DNA of 64,000 nt from a virus (IMGVR_UViG_3300046779_001269:112025-176024), one strand, 5' to 3'. Counted from the stretch's first letter, positions 40,076 to 50,419 are shown. The notes: a model not told the origin generated them from the sequence alone. Program-made: numbers and translations.

Positions 40076-40448
40076 CAATTTTCTCAATAATCAGGTCACA
40101 GTCAATAATCATTTCACAATCTTCTTGCACCCAACCTTCTTCTTCTAGGTCAAGCCAAGAATTATCTTCTAAGAATTCTTCAACTTGTTCACGTGTTTCA
40201 TCGTCACAATCATCATAATCAATCTCTTCCCAGCAACCATCAGAGGTTTCAACCAATTCACTATTGTAACCACAGGCATAAATGTCAACGCCTGCTTCAA
40301 TGTTTGGTGGATTATCATCATCAGTTTCTACCGTGAATTCACCCCAACGCCAACCAGTTTCAACAACGATTCGGTTGCCATCTTTGGATAGAATGTTACG
40401 CTCAATGATGGATTTTTTCCATGCGGGTTTTACAGACCATAATGCCAT
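40068..40448 (-). CDS. acidic hypothetical protein
   Basis: 126 aa, very D/E-rich, ETGWRWGEF. Confidence 0.65.
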   Translation of the reverse strand: MALWSVKPAWKKSIIERNILSKDGNRIVVETGWRWGEFTVETDDDNPPNIEAGVDIYACGYNSELVETSDGCWEEIDYDDCDDETREQVEEFLEDNSWLDLEEEGWVQEDCEMIIDCDLIIEKIDD

Positions 40449-40777
40449 TATTTTTTCTCCACGGTCGGTTCTACAAATTCAGGTTCAAATGGTGGTGCAC
40501 GGTGCGACATAATATTATTAACAGCCATGCTCATTGCATACAAAGGAAAGAATAGTATGGTAAGAGATACAGTCAATACAACACCAACGGCAACAAACAA
40601 TTTCACATACATCACATATGTAATTTCAAGTAACAGGTTCCAAAAACCTTTTACACCAAAATTGTTGTCATGCGTTACACCATCATTAAATTCACGAATA
40701 TGGTTTCTGAATGCCAAGGTTAGACCTTCGGATCTTTCAGTAAGAATATCCACAATACCACGATACAGTTTTAACAT
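40448..40777 (-). CDS. membrane protein
   Basis: long hydrophobic segment; SD AAGGA. Confidence 0.6.
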   Translation of the reverse strand: MLKLYRGIVDILTERSEGLTLAFRNHIREFNDGVTHDNNFGVKGFWNLLLEITYVMYVKLFVAVGVVLTVSLTILFFPLYAMSMAVNNIMSHRAPPFEPEFVEPTVEKK

Positions 40778-40785
40778 AAAATTCC

Positions 40786-41274
40786 TTAACGATAAGTTGC
40801 TTGAAATACGACAGCATTTGGTTTCTTCAATGCTTCTGCACGGCGTGCTTTGTATTCTTCATTGTCAACATTCAACAATTGTACATGAGACACTGGTTTG
40901 AAGTCAACTTCTTTTTCGGCAGACTTTTCAGGTACAGGTAATGGTTGCATTTTCTCCAATGCCTTTTCTTCAATTACCCGTTCTTGCCACAATTTATCAC
41001 ACTTGTCTTTTGGATAATCTGCAAGACCCGTACAATCTTCCATGAATGCTGTTTGGTCTTCGGTCATCACCTCTTGTTTAACTTCAGGTTTGGCCTCTGT
41101 GGTTGATTCCATTGGTGAAATAAACAGAGAAGCAACACCAATCATAATGGCACCTGGCAAAATGATATGCCAATACATTCCAATACAAACAGCCGCAACT
41201 ACGAATAGTACGGCAAGAATTAACATTGAATGTGTGATACCAACACTTGAGAGTGCGCTCATAGCAGGAGACAT
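40786..41274 (-). CDS. membrane protein
   Basis: start MSPAM after AGGAG; two hydrophobic helices. Confidence 0.6.
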   Translation of the reverse strand: MSPAMSALSSVGITHSMLILAVLFVVAAVCIGMYWHIILPGAIMIGVASLFISPMESTTEAKPEVKQEVMTEDQTAFMEDCTGLADYPKDKCDKLWQERVIEEKALEKMQPLPVPEKSAEKEVDFKPVSHVQLLNVDNEEYKARRAEALKKPNAVVFQATYR

Positions 41275-41275
41275 A

Positions 41276-41521
41276 TTATTCTCCTTTTTGGTTGTGTTGG
41301 TGATATGGGTCGCAATGCACTTCAACAGGCACAAGGACAACGCCATGGTCTGTTTTTTGTGATAGATATTGTACCGTTGGTTTCATACGACCATTAATAC
41401 AATCACGAGCACCCGCAATTACAGCAGGACGATCCATATATTTTGGACCATCATAACCAGAAATTTTGGATGTGCCGCAAGCCGTGAGGCCGAGCAAGGT
41501 CAATAAGGCAAGATATTTCAT
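41276..41521 (-). CDS. lipoprotein
   Basis: MKYLALLTLLGLTAC-G lipobox. Confidence 0.65.
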   Translation of the reverse strand: MKYLALLTLLGLTACGTSKISGYDGPKYMDRPAVIAGARDCINGRMKPTVQYLSQKTDHGVVLVPVEVHCDPYHQHNQKGE

Positions 41522-41548
41522 AACAAAGTCCTTCACAAACATGAAAGG

Positions 41549-41594
41549 ATTATATCAAATCTGGTAGGTTTGGCAAGTACTACTTTAGTACTCA
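41549..41594 (-). promoter_or_regulatory. 16-bp-spacer early promoter with upstream TACT-AA-AGTA palindrome
   Basis: TGAGTACTAAAGTAGTAC-TTGCCA-16-TATAAT. Confidence 0.7.
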
Positions 41595-41734
41595 GCATTT
41601 AGGACCCAAACCCAGAATCCTAATAGTACCAGATTGATAAATGATGGGAAATACAATAGACTTGCTCCACACCATCCTAACATGAACCAGGGAAAGTAAT
41701 CCGAGGAAAACCATTCTTTAAATTTTTCCCACAT
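41585..41734 (-). CDS. 49-aa Trp-rich membrane peptide
   Basis: not in ORF track; MWEKFKEWFSSDYFPWFMLGWCGASLLYFPSFINLVLLGFWVWVLNAEY*. Confidence 0.5.
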   Translation of the reverse strand: MWEKFKEWFSSDYFPWFMLGWCGASLLYFPSFINLVLLGFWVWVLNAEY

Positions 41735-41951
41735 TTTTAATCCTATTAATCAATTCATTCGCTTCTGCCAAATCCATTTCCACACAATCCAACAATTCAT
41801 GTTGCAACAGTATGGTTTCGGATTTGGCCTTTTGAAACAATTCCAGTGCATAATCAACATCATCAGGTGTTGCTTTATCCACCCATTCATCAAATTGATC
41901 CTGAGAGCAATTCATCAGAAAATTTAAATTGTCACGGTCGTGTTGGTTCAT
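41718..41951 (-). CDS. hypothetical protein
   Basis: 77 aa with ATGA overlap. Confidence 0.6.
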   Translation of the reverse strand: MNQHDRDNLNFLMNCSQDQFDEWVDKATPDDVDYALELFQKAKSETILLQHELLDCVEMDLAEANELINRIKNVGKI

Positions 41952-42154
41952 TTTGAAGAAACGTTTGTATTCTTAAACAAGAAACCGGAAAGAAGCATAA
42001 TACCCCATGCCTGCAACCAGGTGACTTCTTTCACACCTTCAATTGCACCAACAAGGCATCCGTTCCATAACATATAAACAGGCCATGAAAGTAGAAATGA
42101 AATGCCGACAACAAGGCCGACCGCCATTACGATTTTACCGATTAGTTCACTCAT
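41948..42154 (-). CDS. small membrane protein
   Basis: LWN...VTWLQAWGI motif, two TM helices. Confidence 0.65.
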   Translation of the reverse strand: MSELIGKIVMAVGLVVGISFLLSWPVYMLWNGCLVGAIEGVKEVTWLQAWGIMLLSGFLFKNTNVSSK

Positions 42155-42465
42155 GCTGTTTCGACTTCTTTAGTTTCTTGTGCAACTGGTGCAGGTGTTT
42201 GTTTACCAACATAACGACCATTTGCATCAAACTCGGTGTAATTAACCAATTGATATGCCTGAACCTTACGACCATCTTTAATCACTTTAACAATACCGCC
42301 ATCCTTGCGAATGTTGTAAATGTTGGTGCTTAGACGATACATTACCTTCTCTTGGTCTGTGCCTTTGAATACTGCCTGAATTTCATCAGGTGTAACAGGT
42401 TTGCCAGACAACAAAGTGACTGCAACTTTTTCGTGACGGTTAGGTTTACCAGTGTGTTTTGACAT
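42151..42465 (-). CDS. putative winged-helix DNA-binding protein
   Basis: start MSKHTG after GGAGG; LLSGKPVT.DEI...YRLSTNIYNIRK.G..V. Confidence 0.5.
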   Translation of the reverse strand: MSKHTGKPNRHEKVAVTLLSGKPVTPDEIQAVFKGTDQEKVMYRLSTNIYNIRKDGGIVKVIKDGRKVQAYQLVNYTEFDANGRYVGKQTPAPVAQETKEVETA

Positions 42466-42549
42466 TTTATGTCCTCCAAAATCAAATAATAAAATTTCCA
42501 ACATGGATTGTATCACACGGATGGCATGTTGGCAACCATCCATGCGAGG

Positions 42550-43701
42550 TTAGAATGGGATTTCTTCGCTTGGTGCAACTCGGACAACTTCAGGTTCTGC
42601 TGGCTTTGGCGGGGGATTCACCTTGGCGTCAACCTTTGAATACAAGTCCATGAATGCTTCTTTAGTCTCATCATCAAAACGAGCCACACACAATTTAATT
42701 GCCTTCATTCTATCTTTGAAAATAGAATATGCCTTTGCAATGTGAACCAAACGGCGTGTAGAGATAATCTCATCAACAGCACCTTGTTGGAATGTTTGTC
42801 GTACAATATCTGCCCATTGTGTGAGGCATTCAACAAACTCCGCATCATTAATCAAAGGTGTTAGAATCTTTTTCTCTGTCTTGGCATCAGGATATTCCTG
42901 TTCAACAGTAATTGGGAATCGTTCTAAGAACGCATCGTCCAAAATCTGTGACAAGTATTTACCTTCTTCACTACCACGACCTTTAGTGTTTGCAGTAGCA
43001 ATCACGGTGAAACCAGGTGCAGGTTTAACCAACTCACCAGACTTCTTATTGAAGTGTGGTTTGCCTTCTAAGATACCTTGCAAACACATCAACTTATTAG
43101 AACCACGGTCAACTTCGTCAATCAATAGAACTGCACCACGCTTCATGGCAGTAATAACAGGACCGTCCCGGTTAACCACGTTGCCGTTAACAAGAGTAGG
43201 ACCACCCAATAGGTCAGTTTCATCAGTTTCAATTGAGATATTGACACGGATACATTCACGTTTGAGGGTTGCACATACTTGCTCAACCATGAGGGTTTTC
43301 CCGTTACCTGACAAGCCAGTAATAAACACAGGATAGAATGTGCCAGAGTTAATAATATTAGAAAGGTCTTTGTAAAATCCAAATGGAACATAATCAGGAT
43401 ATTTTGTAGGGATTGATACATCAGAATCATCAATCAATTTTGGTTGACGAAACTCCAACACTTGTGCTGATAGTGCAACTTCCATTTCAGGTTCTTGTTC
43501 AACAACTTTGGCACCAACAACAGGCAGTTTGTATTGGCCACGGCCAACACGGAACTCCGATTTGGTTGTAATCCAATATGGGAATGATAATTTGTTTTTA
43601 TCAACAACTTGTTCAATGTTTTCACGGGTAATCACCGCACCAACACCAAACATTTCTTCAGCAGCCTTAACAAAGGCCATTTGGTTTCTATTCAGCATCA
43701 A
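42550..43701 (-). CDS. MoxR/CobS-like AAA+ ATPase
   Basis: GLSGNGKT, LLIDEVD, ATANTKG.G, LD.AFLERF, ISTRRLVHI. Confidence 0.88.
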   Translation of the reverse strand: MMLNRNQMAFVKAAEEMFGVGAVITRENIEQVVDKNKLSFPYWITTKSEFRVGRGQYKLPVVGAKVVEQEPEMEVALSAQVLEFRQPKLIDDSDVSIPTKYPDYVPFGFYKDLSNIINSGTFYPVFITGLSGNGKTLMVEQVCATLKRECIRVNISIETDETDLLGGPTLVNGNVVNRDGPVITAMKRGAVLLIDEVDRGSNKLMCLQGILEGKPHFNKKSGELVKPAPGFTVIATANTKGRGSEEGKYLSQILDDAFLERFPITVEQEYPDAKTEKKILTPLINDAEFVECLTQWADIVRQTFQQGAVDEIISTRRLVHIAKAYSIFKDRMKAIKLCVARFDDETKEAFMDLYSKVDAKVNPPPKPAEPEVVRVAPSEEIPF

Positions 43702-43960
43702 TATTCCAACTTTCAGTTTGTTTGAATGATTTTTCTTGCACAGTTAATTTATCTTTTTGTGTCTTGCGTGGATTGCCACACATTCCACACTCAGGGTTTC
43801 CACAATCCATTGCATGGTGCTTTGCAAATTTATGAGGTGAACGCTCGACTTCTTTACGATCCATGCCGTGTTGAAGAGCAATCTTTTGTTGTTTCTTAAT
43901 CGCAGCTTCCTCTTTGTGTAGGCGTGCGCTATGTTTAATTTTATCTTCTTCATGGCTCAT
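43688..43960 (-). CDS. hypothetical Zn-binding protein
   Basis: KHHAMDCGNPECGMCGNPR. Confidence 0.6.
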   Translation of the reverse strand: MSHEEDKIKHSARLHKEEAAIKKQQKIALQHGMDRKEVERSPHKFAKHHAMDCGNPECGMCGNPRKTQKDKLTVQEKSFKQTESWNIDAE

Positions 43961-44187
43961 ATTGGCTCCTTGAATTCATCCATAACTTCTTTGCTTGTGA
44001 TATCAGGGTTTTGTTTACACATAACATAAGTATCACACAAAATATATAGAGAAAAATCCCACAGCTCTTGCGGCGTGAACATGTAGTAACCGTTAGGGTC
44101 TCTAACGGCACCACACTGCTTTGCATATTCATCAATAATCGGATATGTCTCTGGAGGCACATTCCGTTTCTTAAAGAAGTTGAACAT
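43957..44187 (-). CDS. hypothetical protein
   Basis: 76 aa with overlapping start/stop. Confidence 0.55.
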   Translation of the reverse strand: MFNFFKKRNVPPETYPIIDEYAKQCGAVRDPNGYYMFTPQELWDFSLYILCDTYVMCKQNPDITSKEVMDEFKEPI

Positions 44188-45305
44188 CAGAACGCATCAA
44201 AGTTATAGGTACGGGTTTTCATACGAGAAAGAATCACGGTCAAACCATTCTTCTCAAAGATGAATTTACCTGTCTTAGAATCGAACTTAATCAAATCACC
44301 TGCGGCGAATTCTTCATCAACCCAACCATATTCAATGTTTGGTGCTTCGACTGAATACACTTCACCCTTAATTAGAGGTTTATCTCCATCGTAACCTTTT
44401 GGTGCCTTGAAAAACATATTCAAGCTGATATCGTCATTTGCCAATGGTGTACCAGTCCAGATGGACGGACTCAGGCGTTCCGCTTTGTGTTCACCACGAT
44501 ATGCCTCAACCTCATATGATGTACCACTATCAAACTCTGCCTTGACATTAAGAATGGTCAATGCTTGGTTTGGTGTTTCATCGTAACGGTTCATTTCTTC
44601 AACAGTAGCCTTCAACATATCAAAGTTGAATGCTGAGAATACGGAAGTAATGCTCACCAGTTTATCAATGTGTGATTTATTCTTCAGGTTATCTTCACAG
44701 TATTCACGGATGAATTCTGAATCCAAACCAGTGAAGTTCAAGTAATAGAAGATACGACCTGGACGGTTACGCATATGACTATCAACACGCCATTTGTCGT
44801 TACAGGTCAATAGGAACAATTTCTTGCTAGAGTAGATACCATCCAACAAGGTCAACATTGATTCTTGTTGTTCACGGTCATACACCTTTTCAAACTCATC
44901 AAACAACACAACACAAGGTTGCTCAATAGATTGAATGAATGTGTTAAACATATCACCATGCCATGGTGCGTTGATAACAATAGTTGGCACAGCATGTTGT
45001 GCAGCCAATTGAATACAGATATTCTTGCTCAACATGGTTTTACCAGAACCTTTTTCACCAGTCAGCAATACGCCGGTGGATTTATCACGGCTCAAGAATG
45101 TGCCAATGATACGGTCTGTTTTTGATTGAACATCACCATACATTTTCTTTGGTGAATCAAACGAATCAATTTGTTCAAGATACAATGGACCATCCATAGG
45201 CATCTGCTTGACCACATAGTTACCAGCAGGCAATGTCTCATGCAAGTCCATTGCTTCTTTGGTTGCCACACGGTAAGTATTACCATTCTTCAAAAAATAT
45301 GTCAT
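44187..45305 (-). CDS. AAA+ ATPase
   Basis: GEKGSGKT, VLFDEFEK, LTLLDG, NRPGRIFY. Confidence 0.85.
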   Translation of the reverse strand: MTYFLKNGNTYRVATKEAMDLHETLPAGNYVVKQMPMDGPLYLEQIDSFDSPKKMYGDVQSKTDRIIGTFLSRDKSTGVLLTGEKGSGKTMLSKNICIQLAAQHAVPTIVINAPWHGDMFNTFIQSIEQPCVVLFDEFEKVYDREQQESMLTLLDGIYSSKKLFLLTCNDKWRVDSHMRNRPGRIFYYLNFTGLDSEFIREYCEDNLKNKSHIDKLVSITSVFSAFNFDMLKATVEEMNRYDETPNQALTILNVKAEFDSGTSYEVEAYRGEHKAERLSPSIWTGTPLANDDISLNMFFKAPKGYDGDKPLIKGEVYSVEAPNIEYGWVDEEFAAGDLIKFDSKTGKFIFEKNGLTVILSRMKTRTYNFDAF

Positions 45306-45332
45306 TACAAAACTTTCACAAATAAAAAATGT

Positions 45333-45361
45333 ATTATAACATGCCAACACGAGGTTGGCAA
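45333..45361 (-). promoter_or_regulatory. promoter TTGCCA-17-TATAAT
   Basis: -35 at 45361-45356, -10 at 45338-45333. Confidence 0.7.
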
Positions 45362-45369
45362 GTTACTTT

Positions 45370-46152
45370 TTAACCAAAATTGGTAACAAAACTATCCTGT
45401 TCTTGGTTCCAAGAATTGGCATTGTCCTGCACAGGTGCGGTAAATTCTGCCGCATCATCAGGATTTACACCAACTTCACCAACAACTTCATAACGGCAGG
45501 CACGACCCTTGCTGTTGTCATAATCGGTTGGAATGGATACAACATCACGAGGATTGATTTTAAGAATCATCACACGAGCACCACCAAAGTTACGGAGATA
45601 ACCTTCTGAACAGAAGTGCAAACCAGCCGAGCAGGTTTGTCGTGCGTCATCATTAACTTGGTTGCGTTCCATCTCCACGATTTGACCAACAGAGTTGTCA
45701 AACTTACCAGAGTAAACATCCTTGTAGTCATCACGGACTTTTTTGTATGCCAAGAAATGACCATCAGGTGTAATTGGCAGGTTATTCTTTTCCAAGAAAC
45801 CATACAATTCATTTACTGAACGGTACGATGGGTTTTGCATCAAGTTGTCCATGAAGTTAACCAATGGTTCAACTGGGAAACCTTCTTGCAACATTTGCAC
45901 CATGCGTTTAACAATGGCGCCGTGCATTTCATCACCTTTCCAAAACAACTTATCGCCTTGGATTGCCACATTACCATTGCCGTAGTTCAATACAACCTTC
46001 TTAGGATCAATGATGTTCTCAACAGTCTGCCAATCGGCAGCCTTGATAGCATCAACCACTTTTTGATAAGTGATGTGGGTTTTGCTAATTGTATGTGGTT
46101 TATTTTTGATAACGACCACAACGTTATTACCTTGAATCAGATACGGAAACAT
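45370..46152 (-). CDS. rIIB: RIIB lysis-inhibition / Rex-exclusion protector
   Basis: ITPDGHFLAYKKVR.DY.D, TCSAGLHFCS..YL, KINPRDVVSIP.DY..SKGR.C.YEV. Confidence 0.9.
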   Translation of the reverse strand: MFPYLIQGNNVVVVIKNKPHTISKTHITYQKVVDAIKAADWQTVENIIDPKKVVLNYGNGNVAIQGDKLFWKGDEMHGAIVKRMVQMLQEGFPVEPLVNFMDNLMQNPSYRSVNELYGFLEKNNLPITPDGHFLAYKKVRDDYKDVYSGKFDNSVGQIVEMERNQVNDDARQTCSAGLHFCSEGYLRNFGGARVMILKINPRDVVSIPTDYDNSKGRACRYEVVGEVGVNPDDAAEFTAPVQDNANSWNQEQDSFVTNFG

Positions 46153-46154
46153 TT

Positions 46155-48332
46155 TTAAACACCTTTCACTGTGTCAATTAAATTAATATACTCACCAACA
46201 TCACCCTCTTTTGCTGAAGTGGAGAATTTATTGACCAGAGGGTAACGGTCACTAAATTCTTTCAGAATTGTTTTATACTTACTAATCAAATCAGTAGCAA
46301 CGAGCTTTGATTCAATGCCAAAAAGTTGCATAAGATTTTTCAATGAACGATGTCCACTCATTTCAGGTAGACCAGCCATGTCAGCAAGCAAAATCTTTGC
46401 AGGACTTTTATCGTTAACAACAACATCATGCAGTTTTTGGTAATTATACTCAAAAAGTACATGTCTGTCAAGCGATGAAACAACTTCGGTTAATACCACT
46501 TTGTCGGCAATCTTTTCAATATTACCCTTGACAAAGGATTCCACATTCACCCAATTCTTCTTGGATTGGATGGCAGGCAGGTCACCTTTACGGACACCAT
46601 ACACTTGAATCTGGAATTCAGGCAATCTGGTATTCTTCAAAGCGGCAACAAAATCTGGTACAGAATAATGATACTTCAAGGAATTCCACAATGGTTCAAA
46701 ACCTTTCAACGGCATATAGTAATATGTGGTGTTGTCATCAAATTTGTCCAATGTATCAGCTGCACGCCACACATAATCTTTTGAAGAACTATGCCACGCA
46801 CTGCCGCCACGCTCTTCAACTTTCATAATGTTCACATTTTTGCCGAAACCATTACCGCCTGATTTGCGTTGGCGTTCATCTAATTGTGATACAACCATGC
46901 GTTGTGCATCTGGTGGATTTTGAATGAAGTCATAAAAACCTTTCAAATCCATTTCTTTGTTCTTGTCAATTTTATTCAACAAAACAGCATAACGAAAACT
47001 GGAATTTTTGTCTGCGTCAGCACGGAAGTGTTGTTTAGCACGTTCTAATGAACCAACCTTTGTGTCGTTTGCAATGAAGAAAACATTTGGTATTACCGAA
47101 AAGGAAATGTATTCCTCTATTTTTGTAGAGCCGTCATCATTTTTGTTACCAAAGTTTTTTGAAGCAATCTTCATGTTCTTGGCAAGTTTTTCGCCACGAT
47201 AAATGTGAAAACCACTCAATGTAATATTGAACTTGGCTGCATCAGACAAACGCATATCAATAGAATAATCACTAGACCATTGTGTCTTAGGTTCAAACAA
47301 TGGTGTGTTGTTCTTGGTTGCATAATCATTCACAGCAGCAGACCACAACGCATTGCGTTTCTTGCCATACAGGAATTGTGAACGAGTCCATGCGTTGTCA
47401 ATCACATCAGCTTCTTTGGCCAATACATCAGTCAACGCAGCATTAACTTGTTGCAATTTGTTTTTAATTGCTTCAATCGTTTGTGGAATGTAGGACAAAC
47501 CTTCACGACTTGCTTGAAAGTCCAACTCACCGATGCCAAATTCCATAACAAGGCCGCAACCCAACAATTTGCTCAAACCTTCAAGGTTCTTGTCAGCGTT
47601 AGGTACTTCAATTGGATATACAATGTTACCCATCACAGCCACAGAGCGTGATGACATAGAAATGGAATGAACACCAGGAATAATGTCCTTGGTTTCATAA
47701 TCAATTGGAGCAATGGTCAATTCACGACCAGTAAATTTTGGTTGTTGTTTGAACCAACGATAAACCTTTTTGGCTTCATCTTCAAACTTGTAAAAATCGT
47801 TGCGTTCATTCACGGAGAATTTAATCTCTACACCAGCAGGTTCGGTTGTATCTTCTTCACCCATCAGAGCAATAGAAGGCACACCTTCACCATTAATGAA
47901 AGCAGAATAAATGCCTTTGTGGCCATCTTTGATAGCAGTTACGGTGAAATTATCCGTATAACTAAATGGAGACTTAGAACCAAGACCAAGGGCGCCAATG
48001 AAAGCATTGCTATTAGTCTTAGTGGACTCAAAATAGGTGGTGTAGATATTGGTGACTTGCTCATGGTTAAGTCCTGTGCCAAAATCACGAATAGAGAAAA
48101 ATGGTTCTATTGCAGTAGGCAGGTGAACTTCAAATGGTTCGGTGTTACCTGCAGCAACATGCGAATCGACAGCGTTGCACGACAATTCACGAATAATGGC
48201 TTTAATCTTGTTGGCATACAAACCAGAAGAAAGAATGTTAAATGCCTTGGCAGAATTACGGATGCGGAATTCACCGATTTCGCCAACATTAGACAATACA
48301 GCTTCTGCCTGCGGTGCGTTGTTTAGAATCAT
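46155..48332 (-). CDS. rIIA: RIIA protein (GHKL N-terminal domain)
   Basis: AF.ILSSGLY.NKI.AIIRELSCNA.DSH, IRDFGTGL, GALGLGSKSPFSY; upstream of rIIB. Confidence 0.92.
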   Translation of the reverse strand: MILNNAPQAEAVLSNVGEIGEFRIRNSAKAFNILSSGLYANKIKAIIRELSCNAVDSHVAAGNTEPFEVHLPTAIEPFFSIRDFGTGLNHEQVTNIYTTYFESTKTNSNAFIGALGLGSKSPFSYTDNFTVTAIKDGHKGIYSAFINGEGVPSIALMGEEDTTEPAGVEIKFSVNERNDFYKFEDEAKKVYRWFKQQPKFTGRELTIAPIDYETKDIIPGVHSISMSSRSVAVMGNIVYPIEVPNADKNLEGLSKLLGCGLVMEFGIGELDFQASREGLSYIPQTIEAIKNKLQQVNAALTDVLAKEADVIDNAWTRSQFLYGKKRNALWSAAVNDYATKNNTPLFEPKTQWSSDYSIDMRLSDAAKFNITLSGFHIYRGEKLAKNMKIASKNFGNKNDDGSTKIEEYISFSVIPNVFFIANDTKVGSLERAKQHFRADADKNSSFRYAVLLNKIDKNKEMDLKGFYDFIQNPPDAQRMVVSQLDERQRKSGGNGFGKNVNIMKVEERGGSAWHSSSKDYVWRAADTLDKFDDNTTYYYMPLKGFEPLWNSLKYHYSVPDFVAALKNTRLPEFQIQVYGVRKGDLPAIQSKKNWVNVESFVKGNIEKIADKVVLTEVVSSLDRHVLFEYNYQKLHDVVVNDKSPAKILLADMAGLPEMSGHRSLKNLMQLFGIESKLVATDLISKYKTILKEFSDRYPLVNKFSTSAKEGDVGEYINLIDTVKGV

Positions 48333-48366
48333 TACAAATGCCTTATATCAATCAATCAAAACATCA

Positions 48367-48394
48367 ATTATAACGGAACCATGCCAAATGGCAA
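48367..48394 (-). promoter_or_regulatory. rIIA promoter TTGCCA-16-TATAAT
   Basis: -35 at 48394-48389, -10 at 48372-48367. Confidence 0.7.
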
Positions 48395-48624
48395 GTGTTT
48401 TGTTGCAGGTTTACAACAGTAATACTTTAGTAGTAATAACAGGCGATTGCTCGTTCAACCTCCACCCACATCTCCTTGTCATAGGCGATTCCTATCAGTT
48501 TCTCCTTGACCCAGTATCGTTCCAACCATACTGTATATTTGCCTACTCTGGTGGGTGTCCATGCGAACGGAAAGCGTTCCCTGTGTTGACCAATCTGGTA
48601 GACTATCTTATCCTTCCACCGCAT

Positions 48625-48906
48625 TTATTGTCCTTCACACTCTGGTGGTACAAACCTGCGAGCACGCTTGGCCATATATCTTGCGCCTTGTCGGCATTCA
48701 GAAACAACTTCGTCCCAATCATTGTATTTGGTTGCTTGTGGTCCTGCTGGTAATGCCTTCATACACTCATTGAACAATTCACGTTGTAAACAGGCATTCA
48801 AAACAATCACATCATCAGGATCAGATGCGTATGCGGTTGTATCACTTGAATGTTTACCGCAAGCAGTCAAGGCCATTACAGCCATTACAATTAAAAGTTT
48901 ATTCAT
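48625..48906 (-). CDS. lipoprotein
   Basis: MNKLLIVMAVMALTAC-G lipobox. Confidence 0.65.
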   Translation of the reverse strand: MNKLLIVMAVMALTACGKHSSDTTAYASDPDDVIVLNACLQRELFNECMKALPAGPQATKYNDWDEVVSECRQGARYMAKRARRFVPPECEGQ

Positions 48907-49096
48907 CGTTTATCATCCTATTAATATGGTCCACTGTCTCACTACATTCTAATGTATCACCGTCAAACAATCGAACATATGAACGAATACCATGCCATTG
49001 AGAACTCGTACCAGCCTCAGTGATTCTAGCAACATTATCAGGTGCAACCAAATGGGTGATATAACCACTACTTGTTATGGTTGTTAGTTTAATCAT
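48899..49096 (-). CDS. hypothetical protein (FlbD-like pattern)
   Basis: MIKLT...LVAPDNVARI.E......ETVDHI. Confidence 0.5.
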   Translation of the reverse strand: MIKLTTITSSGYITHLVAPDNVARITEAGTSSQWHGIRSYVRLFDGDTLECSETVDHINRMINDE

Positions 49097-49290
49097 TTTT
49101 CAATTCCGAAGTGTTTTTGTAGTGCTTCTAGATAGTTGTCTGTGCCCATGTGTAGGTTACCATTATCAATTTTTGAGTAAACACCAGCACATTCTTTTAC
49201 AATTAACTCAGCGAATTCCGTTAATCTAACATGACTAATGCAATGTTCAACCTGAGCAGCAATAGCAATTTCTTTCAATCGTTCATTCAT
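49093..49290 (-). CDS. MNERIK/FAELIV/HFGVEE family paralog 1
   Basis: MNERLKEIA...EFAELIVKECA...HFGIEK. Confidence 0.8.
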   Translation of the reverse strand: MNERLKEIAIAAQVEHCISHVRLTEFAELIVKECAGVYSKIDNGNLHMGTDNYLEALQKHFGIEK

Positions 49291-49478
49291 ATTTTAACTC
49301 CTAATTTCTCAAAGAATTCTTCGCCAACCAAATCAAACCATTCATTATATTCTTCAATCTGAGGACACCAACTCATGTGAGGTCTTGCTGGATTTCTACC
49401 GTTCATATTCCATGCTGAACCACCACAATTACATGAGTGTTTGAATGACTTGAGATTTCTAGCCTCATCAATTGTCAT
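49287..49478 (-). CDS. hypothetical protein (CxC...HxxxC)
   Basis: ATGA overlaps at both ends. Confidence 0.6.
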   Translation of the reverse strand: MTIDEARNLKSFKHSCNCGGSAWNMNGRNPARPHMSWCPQIEEYNEWFDLVGEEFFEKLGVKI

Positions 49479-49684
49479 TCTTCAACTCCAAAATGTTTCT
49501 TCACATAGTGACCAGGTGTAAAGGCTTGATATTGGTTAACAGTAGCAACATCGGCACATTCTTTGATAATCAACTCGGCGAACTTTTCCTTGAATGTGTC
49601 AAACCATTCACACCCTTGTGGAGTTATATACTCAGCATATTGTTGAGCCTGTTCAGCAAGTTGTTTAATTCGTTCATTCATCAA
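49475..49684 (-). CDS. MNERIK family paralog 2
   Basis: MNERIKQLAEQA...EKFAELIIKECA...HFGVEE. Confidence 0.85.
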   Translation of the reverse strand: MMNERIKQLAEQAQQYAEYITPQGCEWFDTFKEKFAELIIKECADVATVNQYQAFTPGHYVKKHFGVEE

Positions 49685-49941
49685 CGAAACTCCTCATAGC
49701 CTTTGCCAATACCAATATAGATTGATACTTTAATCAAATCAATGTTTATTGACCATTCATGTTCACAACGGCGTCCAATGAATATGCCAAGACTGACATA
49801 TGATTCACTTATCCATCTAAATCTAAATTTATCACCACTACCCATAATTAAGTCACCAAATATTTAATCAAAGCAGCCATAAACAACAAATAGGTAATAC
49901 CCTTACCAATTCCAAATATGGCAGCCCATGCAAATTGTAAT

Positions 49942-50247
49942 TCAAGTTGGTTCATTTTTCTTTAATCTCCTAATTTCTTTTTCCAGTTCCATGTTCTTTA
50001 TAAACAAAACGTGTGATTGTTTTTCCATCACTTTGAATTTTTCAATCAATTCATCATTGGATGGATACAAATCGGATTCAGGCCAAATCATAAACTTACC
50101 TGATTCCCAATCAAAACCGGATGTAGCCGACTTAACTTTGGTCATTGGATGGGCACCAACAGTTTGATATGGCAACTTGGTCACAATCATCACTTCATCA
50201 TTATCACGAGCGTGTTGTAACATAACTCTTAAATCTTCAACTTTCAT
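49942..50247 (-). CDS. hypothetical protein
   Basis: 101 aa; GFDWE motif, C-terminal coiled coil. Confidence 0.6.
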   Translation of the reverse strand: MKVEDLRVMLQHARDNDEVMIVTKLPYQTVGAHPMTKVKSATSGFDWESGKFMIWPESDLYPSNDELIEKFKVMEKQSHVLFIKNMELEKEIRRLKKNEPT

Positions 50248-50419
50248 TTTTCAGCTTTCATATTAACCTGTACGCAATATGTGTACATATTATTTGATTG
50301 AATGTTCTTTTGTATTCTAACACAATCTTCTAGTGTCGCCAATGGTGGAGAATAAACAACAGTTCCTCTATTGTAAGCACCATCACTAACAGACACCAAC
50401 AACCAAACTAATATTGTTT

